Assembly: GCA_038228235.1 (NCBI GenBank) | Contig: JBBRPK010000008.1 | Location: 3,027 to 67,026, forward strand | Reading direction: 5' to 3' | Length of the DNA: 64,000 bases | From: Verrucomicrobiota bacterium | GTDB taxonomy: Bacteria > Verrucomicrobiota > Verrucomicrobiia > Limisphaerales > JBBRPK01 | Shown here: positions 18,411-30,200 of the stretch, piece by piece | Layout of the letters: every line of letters begins with the position of its first letter | How positions within the stretch are numbered: the stretch's first letter is position 1 | The notes under the pieces: model-generated | What the model saw: only the letters and a program-made list of their open reading frames with translations | The model's database searches: none | What the model was told of the DNA's origin: nothing | Translations under genes and position numbers: made by a program

Positions 18411-18737
18411 ATGAAATCTTGTCCGTACTGCGGAGCCCAGAATGAGGATTCCGCCACGCGATGTAAAGAATGTGGGACGGAGTTTGTAGTCCCGGACAAG
18501 GTTGACCCGCACCTGACGGACCCAGCGGAGGCGCTGGTGGTAGTGGCGTCTTTCGTGGATGCAGCCGAAGCGAGTTTGCTGAAAAACCGGCTGGAATTGG
18601 AAGGCATCGCGGCCTGTATCCCCGAAGAACTCGATCCAAATCCATTTGGCAATTTTGCGCCTATGGCCCATGTGACCGTCCGGGTGGCCGCAAAAGATTA
18701 CGAAGCGGCGAAAGAAATCGTTGCCAGCAATACTTAA
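18411..18737 (+). CDS. Zinc-ribbon + DUF2007-like small protein
   Basis: CPYCGAQN...CKECG ribbon, then EASLLKNRLELEGIAACI...VRVAAKDYEAAKEI. Confidence 0.8.
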   Translation: MKSCPYCGAQNEDSATRCKECGTEFVVPDKVDPHLTDPAEALVVVASFVDAAEASLLKNRLELEGIAACIPEELDPNPFGNFAPMAHVTVRVAAKDYEAAKEIVASNT

Positions 18738-18767
18738 GCCAGGGGCTAGGATCGACTTCGTCCGTTT

Positions 18768-20852
18768 TTACCAAATTTTGGCGCGAAGACCGGGTGCCCG
18801 CCACATCGGCGCGCCCTCTTTGATGCTGAACGCATCATAAAATTCAGTCACGTTCATATGAGGGCCGATGGCGCGGAACTGACCGGGAGAATGTGGATCC
18901 ACGGTGATGCGCCGACGCAGCTCGGCCTCGCGCCAGTTGGTCCTCCAGAGCTGTGTAAGTGAGAGGAAGAATCGCTGCTCCGGGGTAAACCCATCGATCT
19001 TCTTCCGTTGAGAAGGATCTTTGGCGAGAGCGCGCTGAAGCGCTTCAAAGGCAATGCTGGTTCCTCCCAGGTCAGCCAGATTCTCGCCAAGAGTCAGCTT
19101 TCCATTTACTTTAAGGCCCGGCAAAGCTTCAAAGTCGCCGTACTGATCGACAATTTTTTGCGCTCGCGCCTCGAACTCCTTTGCGTCCTTCTCGGTCCAC
19201 CAGTGGTTGAGGTTGCCCTCAGCGTCATATTGCCGGCCTTTGTCGTCATAACCGTGGGTGATCTCGTGCCCAATGACCACCCCGATGGCGCCGTAGTTGA
19301 CTGCATCGTCCGCCTCCAAGTCGAAAAAGGGCGGCTGAAGAATGCCCGCCGGGAAAACGATCTCATTCTGGAGCGGGTTAAAGTAGGCATTGACCGTCTG
19401 CGGGGTCATGTGCCACTCGGTCTTATCCACCGGCTTGCCCACCCGGGCGATCTCACGTCGCGTCTCGAACATGGCCGCGCGCTGGATATTGCCGAGAAAA
19501 TCGCCGCCGCGGATGGCGATCTTGGAATAGTCGCGGAACTTCTCAGGATGGCCAACCTTCTGAGTGAACCGGTCAAATTTGGCCAAGGCTTTGGAGCGAG
19601 TGGCGTCCGACATCCAATCGACTTGTTTGAGCCGGTCCCGGAACACCACGCGCAGGTTGCCGATCAGTTCATTCATGCGCTGGCGGGCCGCAGCGGGGAA
19701 ATATTTTTGCACGTAAAGCTGACCGAGCGCCTCGCCAATGCTCCCGTCAATGACATGGGCGGCGCGTTGCCAGCGAGGCTCTGGTTCAGGTTGACCGCGG
19801 AGCTTTGTGCTGTGGAACGTAAAACTCTCCGCCTCGGGCGCATGAGCCAGGAAGGGGGCTGTGGCGGTCACCAGATGCCAGCGCAGGTAAACCTTCCAAT
19901 CGGTTAAGGGCCGCTCCCGCACCATTTTATCAACCGCCGCGAAAAACTCCGGTTGCCCCACAATGACCGCCGGCAAATCCTCCAGCCCGCTGGCAGCGAA
20001 ATAACTGGGCCAGGATGCCTCGGGATTCTTCGCCACGAAATCGGGCGCCTTAAACTTGTTGTAGTTGGCGTTAGGGTCGCGAAGTTCGACACGCGTGCGG
20101 CTGGCTTTGGCCAACTCGGTTTCGATGTTGAGCACCAGCGCAGCATGGGCAGAAGCCTCCTCGGGCTTCTCACCCAACATGGCCAGCATTTTGATGATGT
20201 GTTCGCGATAGTCCGAGCGTTGTTTGCTAAAATCATCCTTGAGATAGTAATCGCGATCAGGAAGCCCCAACCCGCCCTGGGACAACCCGAAGGCGTAAAA
20301 GCTGCTATTCTTGGCGTCGGGTGATACTGCGGAACTGAAAAGCCCACTGATGCCGCGGGTATGGAAATCCGCCAATAACTCGAAAACACCTTGGGTGGAG
20401 CGTAGCTGGTCAATTCGCTTCAAATCACGCGAGATAGGTTTGAAGCCAAGCTTCTCCAACCGGTTTGTATCCATGGCGGAAACGAAAAAATCACCCACTT
20501 GGCGCCGGGGTGAGCGGGCGGGGGCCGAGTTATCCGCGGCCGCCGTTTCCAGGATGTCGCGAATTAGTTGCCAGTTGCGTTCCTGGAGTTCCTCGAAGCC
20601 GCTCCACCGAGACTTGTCGGCTGGGACGGGATTGTTTTTGAGCCAATTGCCCGCAGCAAAGTGATAGAAATCCGCGGCCGGATCGACTGAGCGGTCCATA
20701 TTCTGGACAGAGAATCGAGGCGCTTTTGGGAGCGCGTCCGCAGCGTAGAGGCGTTCGGAAAAAATGACCGCAATACTGCCTGATGCCAGACAAATCAGAA
20801 CGGAATTGAATTTATTCACAAACAATATTAAACCGAAACGCACCCCCGGCAC
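18768..20852 (-). CDS. pepO: M13 (neprilysin/PepO-like) zinc metallopeptidase, probably exported
   Basis: TPQTVNAY, VFPAGILQPPFF, NYGAIGVVIGHEITHGYDDKG, GENLADLGG, DPHSP. Exact start uncertain. Confidence 0.92.
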   Translation of the reverse strand: MPGVRFGLILFVNKFNSVLICLASGSIAVIFSERLYAADALPKAPRFSVQNMDRSVDPAADFYHFAAGNWLKNNPVPADKSRWSGFEELQERNWQLIRDILETAAADNSAPARSPRRQVGDFFVSAMDTNRLEKLGFKPISRDLKRIDQLRSTQGVFELLADFHTRGISGLFSSAVSPDAKNSSFYAFGLSQGGLGLPDRDYYLKDDFSKQRSDYREHIIKMLAMLGEKPEEASAHAALVLNIETELAKASRTRVELRDPNANYNKFKAPDFVAKNPEASWPSYFAASGLEDLPAVIVGQPEFFAAVDKMVRERPLTDWKVYLRWHLVTATAPFLAHAPEAESFTFHSTKLRGQPEPEPRWQRAAHVIDGSIGEALGQLYVQKYFPAAARQRMNELIGNLRVVFRDRLKQVDWMSDATRSKALAKFDRFTQKVGHPEKFRDYSKIAIRGGDFLGNIQRAAMFETRREIARVGKPVDKTEWHMTPQTVNAYFNPLQNEIVFPAGILQPPFFDLEADDAVNYGAIGVVIGHEITHGYDDKGRQYDAEGNLNHWWTEKDAKEFEARAQKIVDQYGDFEALPGLKVNGKLTLGENLADLGGTSIAFEALQRALAKDPSQRKKIDGFTPEQRFFLSLTQLWRTNWREAELRRRITVDPHSPGQFRAIGPHMNVTEFYDAFSIKEGAPMWRAPGLRAKIW

Positions 20853-20993
20853 AAGATTTGAGGCGCAGCATTCCTATGATGCCACAGAACGGAATGCCAC
20901 AAAAAGGGCACACCGCCTCGTAGCGATTTTGGAACAATTGCAGGCCGGGTGGCCGCGCCCGGCGCCATTCCGAGCCCTCCAGAAATTGCACCG

Positions 20994-23195
20994 CTATGGC
21001 GACTCGGACCGGAATGCCAAGATGCTTAGGGGGGGCAGGCTGAAAAGAGCAGAGTGGGGCTGGTTATGAACTTTGTAATCCTCGCTCTGGACGCCCCCAA
21101 GATTTCCCAAGTTACTCCCGCCATAAATCGCTGAGTCGCTGTTCATAACCTCGCGCCAGAAACCCGCCGCCGGCAGCCCGATGCGATACTCATGGCGGGG
21201 CACCGGCGTGAGATTGAGGACGATGAGAATGCGGCTGGTCAATTCCTTATTTTGCCGAACAAAGGAAAGGATGCTATTCTCATGGTCCGAACAATCGAGC
21301 CAAAAGAAACCCTCCATATCATAATCGCCCTCCCAAAGACCGGGGTGGGCCCGATAGCAAGTATTCAGGTCCTCCACGAAGCGTTGCAGGCCGCGGTGAT
21401 AAGGGCCCTGCTCGAGCAGTCCCCAATCCAGTTGAGCGTTGGAGTTCCATTCCTGGCGCTGGCCAATTTCGCCACCCATAAAGAGCAATTGCTTGCCCGG
21501 AAAAAACCATTGATAGCCAAGCAGGGCGCGCAGGCTGGCGAACTGTTGCCAATCGTCTCCAGGCATCCGACCGAGCAGAGAGCCTTTGCCATGCACGACT
21601 TCATCGTGCGAGAGCGGCAAAACAAAGTTCTCGTGGTGGTGATAGAGCATGGCAAACGTGAGATCGTTCTGATGGTATTTTCGGTAAACGGAGTCCCGGC
21701 CAAAATATCCCAACGTGTCGTGCATCCATCCCATGTTCCATTTGAGCGTGAAGCCGAGCCCGCCAAGATAAGGGGGCCGGGTGACTAGAGGCCAAGAGGT
21801 GGATTCCTCGGCAATCGTAATCACCCCTGGGTGTTCGGTGTGCGTCAGGTGATTGAAATGGCGAAGGAATTCCACTGCTTCGAGGTTTTCCCGCCCGCCG
21901 AACTGGTTGGGAATCCATTCGCCTTCCTTGCGGGAATAATCGAGATAAAGCATGGAAGCAACGGCATCGACGCGCAAACCATCGATATGAAAGCGCTCGC
22001 ACCAGAAGAGAGCGTTAGCCGCCAAAAAGTTCCGGACCTCGTGGCGCCCATAGTTAAAGATGAGGGTGCCCCAGTCCTGGTGCGCTCCCTTGCGAGGGTC
22101 TTCATGTTCATAGAGAGAGGTGCCATCGAAGCGAGCGAGCGCCCAATCGTCACGCGGAAAATGCGCCGGCACCCAGTCCATCAAGACCCCGATCCCTGCC
22201 TCGTGCAGGGCATTTACCAGATATTGGAAATCATCCGGTGTTCCATAACGGCTAGTTGGCGAGTAGAAGCCGGTGACCTGGTAACCCCATGAGGGATAAA
22301 AAGCATGCTCCGAAAGGGGCAAAAACTGCACATGGGTAAAGCCCATTTGGTGAATATAATCGACCAGAGGTCCAGCCAACTCCCGGTAGCTGAAAGATTC
22401 AGCGACTGACTTCTTGCGCCACGACCCCGGATGCACTTCGTAAATGCTCATGGGCGAGCGAAAAGGATTTTGTTCCTGCCGCTTCTTCAGCCACGCGTCG
22501 TCACTCCAGCCAAACTTGCGATTGTTCCAAATAATCGAGGCGTTTTTTGGCGCCGATTCGAAAAAGAAACCATAGGGGTCCGTTTTGAGAACGATGGCTC
22601 CGTGGACATCTTTGATCTCATATTTATAGAGCGTCCCCTCCCCTACCCCAGGCAGAAATAATTCCCAAATCCCCGAGGACCCTAACAGGCGCAAGGGATG
22701 ATAGCGGCCATCCCATCCGTTGAAGTCTCCGACCACACTGACGCGCTGCGCATTGGGCGCCCAAACCGCGAAACTGGTTCCCGGCACGCCATCAATGACT
22801 CGGAGTTGGGCGCCCAGTTTATCGTAAATCCGCCGCTCGTTTCCCTGAGCGAAGAGATAGACGTCCGTCTCACCGAGCGTAGGCAAAAAGGAGTAGGCGT
22901 CGCGTGTGCGCCGGACCCGGCCCTGGTGATCGGTAATGACTAGATCATACGCGTAAACGCGACTGGCCTTAGCGCTTAGGGCCTCGAAGAGACCGCTCTT
23001 GTGCAGACGTTCGAGTTTGATGGCGGGTTTATCTTTCTCCTGAGTAGGAACCGCCTCCACCGAAGCGGCGTCTGAGAGCAAAGCGCGCACAACGACGCCC
23101 TTGGGATCACTCATGGGATGCATACCGAGCAACTGATGGGGATTGCGGTTGGTTGCCTGGATCAAACTCTCCATCTCATCACCGGTCAAAATCAT
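20994..23195 (-). CDS. glgB: 1,4-alpha-glucan branching enzyme GlgB
   Basis: FAVWAPNA, YEVHPGSW, WGYQVTG, DWVPAHFP, DGLRVDAVASMLYLDYSR, IAEEST, LSHDEVVHGK. Confidence 0.98.
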   Translation of the reverse strand: MILTGDEMESLIQATNRNPHQLLGMHPMSDPKGVVVRALLSDAASVEAVPTQEKDKPAIKLERLHKSGLFEALSAKASRVYAYDLVITDHQGRVRRTRDAYSFLPTLGETDVYLFAQGNERRIYDKLGAQLRVIDGVPGTSFAVWAPNAQRVSVVGDFNGWDGRYHPLRLLGSSGIWELFLPGVGEGTLYKYEIKDVHGAIVLKTDPYGFFFESAPKNASIIWNNRKFGWSDDAWLKKRQEQNPFRSPMSIYEVHPGSWRKKSVAESFSYRELAGPLVDYIHQMGFTHVQFLPLSEHAFYPSWGYQVTGFYSPTSRYGTPDDFQYLVNALHEAGIGVLMDWVPAHFPRDDWALARFDGTSLYEHEDPRKGAHQDWGTLIFNYGRHEVRNFLAANALFWCERFHIDGLRVDAVASMLYLDYSRKEGEWIPNQFGGRENLEAVEFLRHFNHLTHTEHPGVITIAEESTSWPLVTRPPYLGGLGFTLKWNMGWMHDTLGYFGRDSVYRKYHQNDLTFAMLYHHHENFVLPLSHDEVVHGKGSLLGRMPGDDWQQFASLRALLGYQWFFPGKQLLFMGGEIGQRQEWNSNAQLDWGLLEQGPYHRGLQRFVEDLNTCYRAHPGLWEGDYDMEGFFWLDCSDHENSILSFVRQNKELTSRILIVLNLTPVPRHEYRIGLPAAGFWREVMNSDSAIYGGSNLGNLGGVQSEDYKVHNQPHSALFSLPPLSILAFRSESP

Positions 23196-23544
23196 AGCGG
23201 GAGCATTCTGGCAGAGCGTGAAGGAGTTACAACGCTAAAGGGTAAAATCGATACACAGTGCGAGCCTGCCCTGGTTTCCGTGATTTTGGATTCTTCGTTT
23301 CCTTTGTTTGCCCCATTACTAATTCCGACTGGCGGAAGTTTTGCGGTCTGGCCCGATTCGCGGCCCAATGAAAAAAGAAAAATCCTGGAAGGCTCGGATA
23401 GCCTCGGATTACCTCGGATTACCTCGGTTGCGACATAAAGTCGTCATAGTCCTTACTTAAAATGTGGACACCGCCAGCCCTCGCCCGGTCGGAACCGGGC
23501 TGACCTCACCGCAAGCCGGGTCCGGGGGAGCAGGATTGGGAGGA

Positions 23545-23575
23545 CCGAAAAAGCCAAGGCGAGTGGGCTTTTCGG
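23545..23575. terminator. Possible intrinsic terminator downstream of coaE and the giant-gene operon
   Basis: CCGAAAAAGCC...GGCTTTTCGG inverted repeat about 75-105 bp past the coaE stop; the minus-strand 3' arm ends in a T-run. Confidence 0.4.
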
Positions 23576-23649
23576 GTGTTTTTGTGGTTATCGCCGGATC
23601 GCGGTCGCGTCCTTCTGTGCGCTGGCGTCGGTGGCCGATGGCCAGCGGT

Positions 23650-24249
23650 TCACAGTTGTCCACCCTTCAAAGCGGTGAGAAAGCGGTCGATTTGATCCTC
23701 ATGGACACTCACCTCGCCTTCGGTCCAAATGAGGCAGTTTGCCAGCGCCATCTTTTTTTCAACGGGCCACTGGGCTTGGATGCGCTGCTCGATTTGTTCG
23801 CGACTCCAACCGCGCGCTAACAGGCGCTGATGCTGAGTGGCTGCGGAACAGGCGACGCAGAGAATGGTGTCGAATGAGGCGGCCGCATTGGTTTCGAACA
23901 GAAGCGGGATGACCACCACGCCGCTCGGCTGTCGTTCGGCCCGCCACAGTTCGACCTGCGCAAGCCAGCGCTCGCGGATGCGTGGATGAACGATGGCCTC
24001 AAGTTGCTGACGGCGCGCGGCGTCAGAGAAAACCAGGCGGGCCAGTTCATCGCGGCGCAGCCGATTATCAAGGCTCAGGACCTCGGGACCGAAGACACGC
24101 CGGATTTCCTCCCAGGCCTGTTCTCCCGGCTCCACCACTTCACGGGCGAGCACGTCGGTGTCGATTACCGGCAAACCTCGATTTTCCAGGAAATTGGCTG
24201 CGGTTGTTTTGCCCATGCCGACGCCACCGGTGAGGCCGAGGAGGTTCAT
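23650..24249 (-). CDS. coaE: Dephospho-CoA kinase
   Basis: GLTGGVGMGKTT, IDTDVLAREVV, LEAIVHPRIRE, VIPLLFE. Confidence 0.96.
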   Translation of the reverse strand: MNLLGLTGGVGMGKTTAANFLENRGLPVIDTDVLAREVVEPGEQAWEEIRRVFGPEVLSLDNRLRRDELARLVFSDAARRQQLEAIVHPRIRERWLAQVELWRAERQPSGVVVIPLLFETNAAASFDTILCVACSAATQHQRLLARGWSREQIEQRIQAQWPVEKKMALANCLIWTEGEVSVHEDQIDRFLTALKGGQL

Positions 24250-24261
24250 CGAGCACTCAAA

Positions 24262-27200
24262 CTACGGACGGCGCACTCGATAAAACCGGCGCCCATAGCT
24301 GGCGGAGTTGGAGTCCTGAAAATCCTGAGATACACCGCTCAGAGTGTTGGTGGCAATCGGGGTCCAGCCGCTTGTAATATCGGCGGAGGCTTCGATGATA
24401 AAAATGTCTCCGACCTCGCCCTGCAGGGTAAACTGGAAGCGCCGGAGGTCTAATTTTACTGGTCCGCTCAAATGAGCTGGCAATGGGTTGATCCTGTCCA
24501 CAGTCGTGATTTTTAAGGCCCAGCCATCAGCGATTTGACCCAAGTCGCCCAAAGTGTCATCGACCACAAATAACGACCATTTACCATTTGGATCGCTCCC
24601 ATTGAAAACGGACAGGGTCGAACCGTACGGCCCGGTGGGAGCCGGGGGCGGGAATAAGTCGCCTGCTCCGTAGTTCGTGGGTTTGTAGGTTCCCGAGAAA
24701 ATTTGCGCAGAATCCGGCAGAGCGGTGGTCGCTGCATCATCGAAAGTGAGCGTCACATTGTTGATGCTGTTGCCCCCGCCGGTATCCGACATAATAAGAC
24801 TCGCCTGCCCGTTCGGTCCCACCAACAGGGCGTCGATGTCGTCAGGGTAAGCGTGGCTGAGGTTGCTGAGGGTCACCGTCACTTTACTGACCGCGCCTGC
24901 GAGGTTCGAGACGAGGATGGAGGATGGGTAAGGACTAGCGCGGCCATTGTCCGGGATGGAAACCAGTTGTCCGTTCGCGAGTGTGGCAACTGCTCCGAGG
25001 ATGAAAGTGAAGCTGGCAGAACCAAGACTATTGGCTCCATCCTGAAGATCTAAAGTCGCAGTGATAGTCCCACCATGGGGGCCTTGGGCTGTAAAGCTAA
25101 AGGACTGCATCACCGCCGGGCCATTGGCCATGAGGATGCCATAATTTTGGGGGCCGCTAACCTGGGTAACACCTGCGTTCGTCCGCAACGTGGCGAGCAG
25201 GGCGGTGGTGTTGGCGATGCCAATGTTCTTTAACCCAAAGCTTACTGTCACGGTCTCACCCGGATCAATTCCACCGGTGAAAGGGCCGCTCTCGGCGAGC
25301 AAGATCCGGCCGGCAGGGACGATAATCAGGTCAGGGTTGTTAACCACAGTGACGAGAGCAGCCGCGTTGTTCGTGGAAATGAGATCGGCGGGTTGTGTGG
25401 CGCTTACCGTCGCCCTATTGGTCACTGGGCCGACAACCGGGGGAATAACCACGATGGTGATGCTCGCCTGCGTAAACCTGGGAAGGGCGCCCAACGAGCA
25501 AGCAACAATGCCGTTGGCCTGACTGCAACTTCCCTGGCTCGAAGTGGCGGAAACGAAAGTCACTCCGCCCGGCAAGGTATCGCTGAGGTTAATTCCGAAG
25601 GCTGAGTTTGGCCCTTTATTGGTGACGATAATAGTATAAGCGAGGCTCTTGCCAATCGTGGCGGGATCTGGCGAAGCCGAAAGCCAGACGGCGAGATCCG
25701 ACGCGGGGCTCACGGTGGTGACAACAGTGGCGGTGCTATTGATCGGATTCCGATCCGTCTCGTTGGCCGAAACCGTGGCCACATTGGTGATTGGGCCAGA
25801 AAAGGATGGGGCTACGATGACGGTGACCGCGGCCCAACCCTGGTTGGTCAGCGTTCCCAATGCGAAAATAACCTGGCCACCGAGAACCGTGGAAGCACCC
25901 CCTTGACTGTTGGTGGCTGCCACTAAAGTTGTACTGGCCGGGAGGAAATTCGTCAGCGTCACGCCGGTGGCCGTTTTGGGTCCGAGATTCGTGACTGTGA
26001 TTGTGTAGGTCAGGTTGCTTCCCACCAGGACGGGATTAGGAGCTGCCCTGGCGGTCACGGCCAGGTCGGCAGTAGGGTTGACCGGATCCACGGTGCTGAT
26101 CGTAAGTCCCCAGCCGCCGACGATGCGACCGATATCCCCTGCAGTGTCATCTATCACGTACAAAGACCAAATTCCATTCGGGCCACTGGCGCTAAAGACA
26201 GATAAGGTGGTTCCGGAGGCATTGGGGGGCGACGGGGGCGGGAAGATGTCCGGGCTTCCGTCGAAGTTGCTCGGTTTGTAGATGCCAGAAACTATCGGAG
26301 TCGAGCTTGGCAGCGAGCGTGAAGCCGCGTCGTCAAAGGTTAGATTTACGTTATTCATGCCATACCCCGCGCCGGCGTCAGACATTAACATGACACTGCG
26401 TCCCGTCGGTCCCACCAGCAAAATATCCACATCACTGGGGGAAGTATGGTTCACATTACTCAGAGTGACGCTGATTTTGTCAATCAACCCGCTCAGGCCA
26501 GAGACAGAAATGGAAGAAGGATAAGGAGACGCCGGAGCATTATCGAAAATTGTGATCCCCCCTAAATTGAGGAAGGAGGCGACCCCTCCCAACCCATAAT
26601 TGAATCTCACTAGGCCCAGGTTTTTGGCGCCGTCCTGGAGTTGCAGGGTGATTGAAAGGACATCGCCGTTCGTGCCATTGGCGGCAAAAGTAAATTGGCG
26701 CCCTACGGACGCACCGCCCGCCGGCACAGCCCCATAGACCTGCGGGCCACTAGGGTTGACGACTCCGCCAGTGCTGAGCAGTGTTGCCACCAGATTCGAA
26801 GTAGTCAGGGAACCGATGTTCTGGAGGAACAGGTTTAGAGTCACGGTTTCACCGGGATCGATGCCGCCGTTGGGAGGATCAATGCTCTCGGAGAGCAGCG
26901 AGGCTTCCGCTGGAACAATGACCGCGATGGGGGGGAAAACTTCCGAGATGACGATGGAACTATTGTTAGCGGAGACAGCGTCGGTAGCGCTTGACGAAAC
27001 AGTAGCGACGTTGGTGATCAAGCCGGTAATGTGCGGTCTGACCACAATTCTGATACTGGCGCTTTCCCCATTGCCCAAGATTCCCAAGCTGCAATTGACA
27101 TAGCCTCCGGAGGAGCTGCAACTGCCCCTGCTGGTGGTGGAGGAAACGAAGCTGGAGCCGGCGGGAAGAATGTCAGTGAGCAAAACGTTGCGAGCGGCGT

Positions 27201-30200
27201 TGGGGCCTCGGTTGGTGACCGTTATGGAATATGTAAGATTGCTCTCCACCAGAATTATAGCTGGAGAAGCGCTGCTATTAACGGCCAAATCCGTGGAACA
27301 ATCGCCACCCCCGTCCGTGCAGATTGTTGGAGAGATATTTAGAGACCAGCACTCGATCGTGCCTTGGCCTACTGGAAAGCCATCCGAGACATGCAACCGC
27401 CAGGTGCCGTTCACTCGACTGCCGCTCTTGCCCGTAAACGCAGCCAGTGGCTGCTCCGGTCGAAAAGCGCCGACAAAGGGCGCACGCCCATTGTTTACGG
27501 GGAGGCTCGCCTTATCATCGAAGGTAGTCCGTTGAGAATCGGGGCTGCAGCTAACGCCAAAATCCGGTCCGAAACCCTCCAAACTGGCCAGGCTGACGCG
27601 GGTGCCGTCCGGACCGATCAGAACAAGTCGCAGAACGAACGTCAATGGGTGAGTGATATGGAGTGAGACAGTAACCTTCGAAATACCAGTGTCCAAACCG
27701 GAAACCGTGATCGGAGAATCTACGCCGGCTGGGTTGCCTTGGGGAATTAGAATTGGAGTCCCATTGTCAAACCGAACCGATGGGCCGACCAGCCCCGTCG
27801 GGAGACGAAACTTAGTAAGGCGAGTGTCCTGGTCGGACTGGATGCGAAGCACAAAGTTGATGGGCGTGCCACAGATAAAATCTGGCGTTGTATAAAACTT
27901 AAAAGGAGCTCTGTTTGTGGCCGTTCCACCCCTGGGAATGTTTGGATAGGCCGACGCGCCCTGAGAAATAAGGACTCCCGGCGTGGTTGTTGAGATGGTG
28001 GCGGAGATGCCGGTAGCGGCAATGCGCGTGTTGTTAACCAGAACCACATTTAATTCATTGCACTCATTCGGATCCACGACACCATTCCCGTTTCCAGTGA
28101 AGGGATCGAGAGCGGGGGTGCTTTTCACAGCGAGACCTGGCAAGTCAAACGCCTCCTCCACTCCGGCGGTTGTGTAACTGCCCGGTGATGTCGCGCTGCC
28201 TCCCATACCCCGTTTAGCAAAGGCGCTCCAGAGTTCATTGAAATTGGCCCCGCCCGTGTTGACCAAATCTGCCTGAATTATTGCGTCGCGCGCCTCGAGG
28301 AAAGTGGGGTTGGCCGGGCCGAGCTTCATCCCATCCGTGACCAATTGCAGCATCAGCTGATTACCGGTCGCATATCCAAACTTATTGATGAGGCCAGCGC
28401 GAGCTTCCCAGAGGGTGACGCACCAGATTTCTCCTTGGTTGTGGACCTCATTCGCGCCACCAGGATCGAATGGACTGAACAGCGGGCTTAAAGGCGCTCC
28501 GGTATGGGGATCGGCCTGGCTGGGGTCAATATCCTTAAAGGTCAGGGGATTGGTCGAAAGATTAGTTGTATAAGGGTAACGTCGAATCCCATAATAATAA
28601 TTCTGTTGAAAATTCGGGATAAAATCGAAAGTGATATAGCCGCCCATAGCATAGTTGGCTCCCACGTTATCACCGGGCGCGCTGAGCAAGCTTAGGGCGT
28701 AAAAGTCAGACCAACCTTCTCCCATACCCCCTGTTTGAAGCTCGCTGATTCCAACGCCTCCACCGACCAACCGGCCGCTTGTGCCGTGTGTTGCTTCGTG
28801 GAGCATTACTTCGGCATCGAAATCTCCATCTCTATTGGGAGTAGGCCCGTCAAAAACATACATTTGGATGCGACCGGGATTTCCGTCCCGAGCGGGAGTA
28901 AAGTTCGCGTTGTTAAGACCACTCCCATCCTGGGAGTCAGCCTGAATCGCATCATTGCCAAGCCCGCCCCTCCCAAAATTGTTGTTTTGGTAGTTGCCTG
29001 AGGCCTCAGTGAAACCAAGCTCGTAAAGTTTGTCATGATACCAATTTACCCAATAGAAAAGCTGCACCACGGCGGCCTCTCCGGAGTTAGTGGGCGATTG
29101 ATTCAGGTTAATCGGAAAGTCAAAGACTCGATTGGGGTTGCCCTGGGGTCTGGGCAGATCCGGCAAATCATCCGCATTTCGGTCCAAATGGGCATCCACG
29201 TTGTTGCCACGGGTTTCATTATCGGGATCATCGATCCAGCCATTGGGTGAGGCGTTGGTGTTGACAGCATTTGTCACCACGAGAACGCGAGGCACGAGGG
29301 CGGGCTGAGTCGGGCCAGGAGCGGGGAGTCCAGGTGAGAGGGGCGCAGGACTGTCGCTGGTCCAAACATTGTAGGTCGCGTTGGTGATATAGACGGTTAG
29401 TTGACGGCGCAGCAGAGCCTCGCCAGTCTCGGCATCGACGATGACGAGGAAGGTTTCGCCCCGTGCATGGCTTGTAAGCGTTACCTGCCAGCAGAGGCGC
29501 AGCGCAGCGCGGTTCAAAGGGAGCCAGGACAATTCAGCCCGAGTCTCGCCATTAAGCACGGAGAGAGCGTTAAAACGTTGCACCATGCCGGGTCCTTCCG
29601 GTGCAGCATTCACGGGCCGGAGTTGATCGAAGGTCAGCGCATGGTTGATGGCCTCAGCCGAGTAAACTACCGCTTGTTGAGCTGAAACGCCCGGCGCAAT
29701 TTGCAAGGCGGCGCGGTTTGGTGTTCCCGCATTCGCGGCCTGCACAACATCCGGTAAGAACTGCGTAGTGAGGTTTACCAATTGGCCTTTCCTGGTGATA
29801 TTGGCGATTAAAACGGCTCCATAAACAGAAATACCGTCCAATTGCTGTTCCCAAACGACCGTCCGCATCCCGTTATGTGGAGTGGCATAGTCTCTCGTGA
29901 GCGCCGCCGAGTCCAGAACCTCCGCACCGTGTCCGAACAGAGCAGAATGTTCGTTAAGAAACGCCCTAATAATCCTGTGGGGATCGTTGGCGGGAAAAGC
30001 CAGCAACGTCTCCGGTGAAATTCCATTTCCCTGGCCATTCGGTCCGCTCAAAAAATCATACGTCGAGCCGATAAATTTAGGCGCGCCCGTGAGCGGATCA
30101 ACCGCAACCTTAAATCCTGGGATCCGATCTTTGAGGCGGGCGGCCGCAACGGCGCTTTCGCCAGCCAACGCGCTTATGTTCGGCAACCCATCAAGACGTC

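Noticed and set aside
23391-23428. 10-bp tandem repeat CCTCGGATTA (about 3.5 degenerate copies) upstream of glgB
   Set aside because: Short, intergenic and without spacers; not CRISPR, and no functional inference can be supported.
23505-23545. GGGTCCGGGGGAGCAGG resembling the SRP RNA core
   Set aside because: It lacks the GGAA tetraloop and AGCAG spacing of SRP domain IV and has no long enclosing helix.
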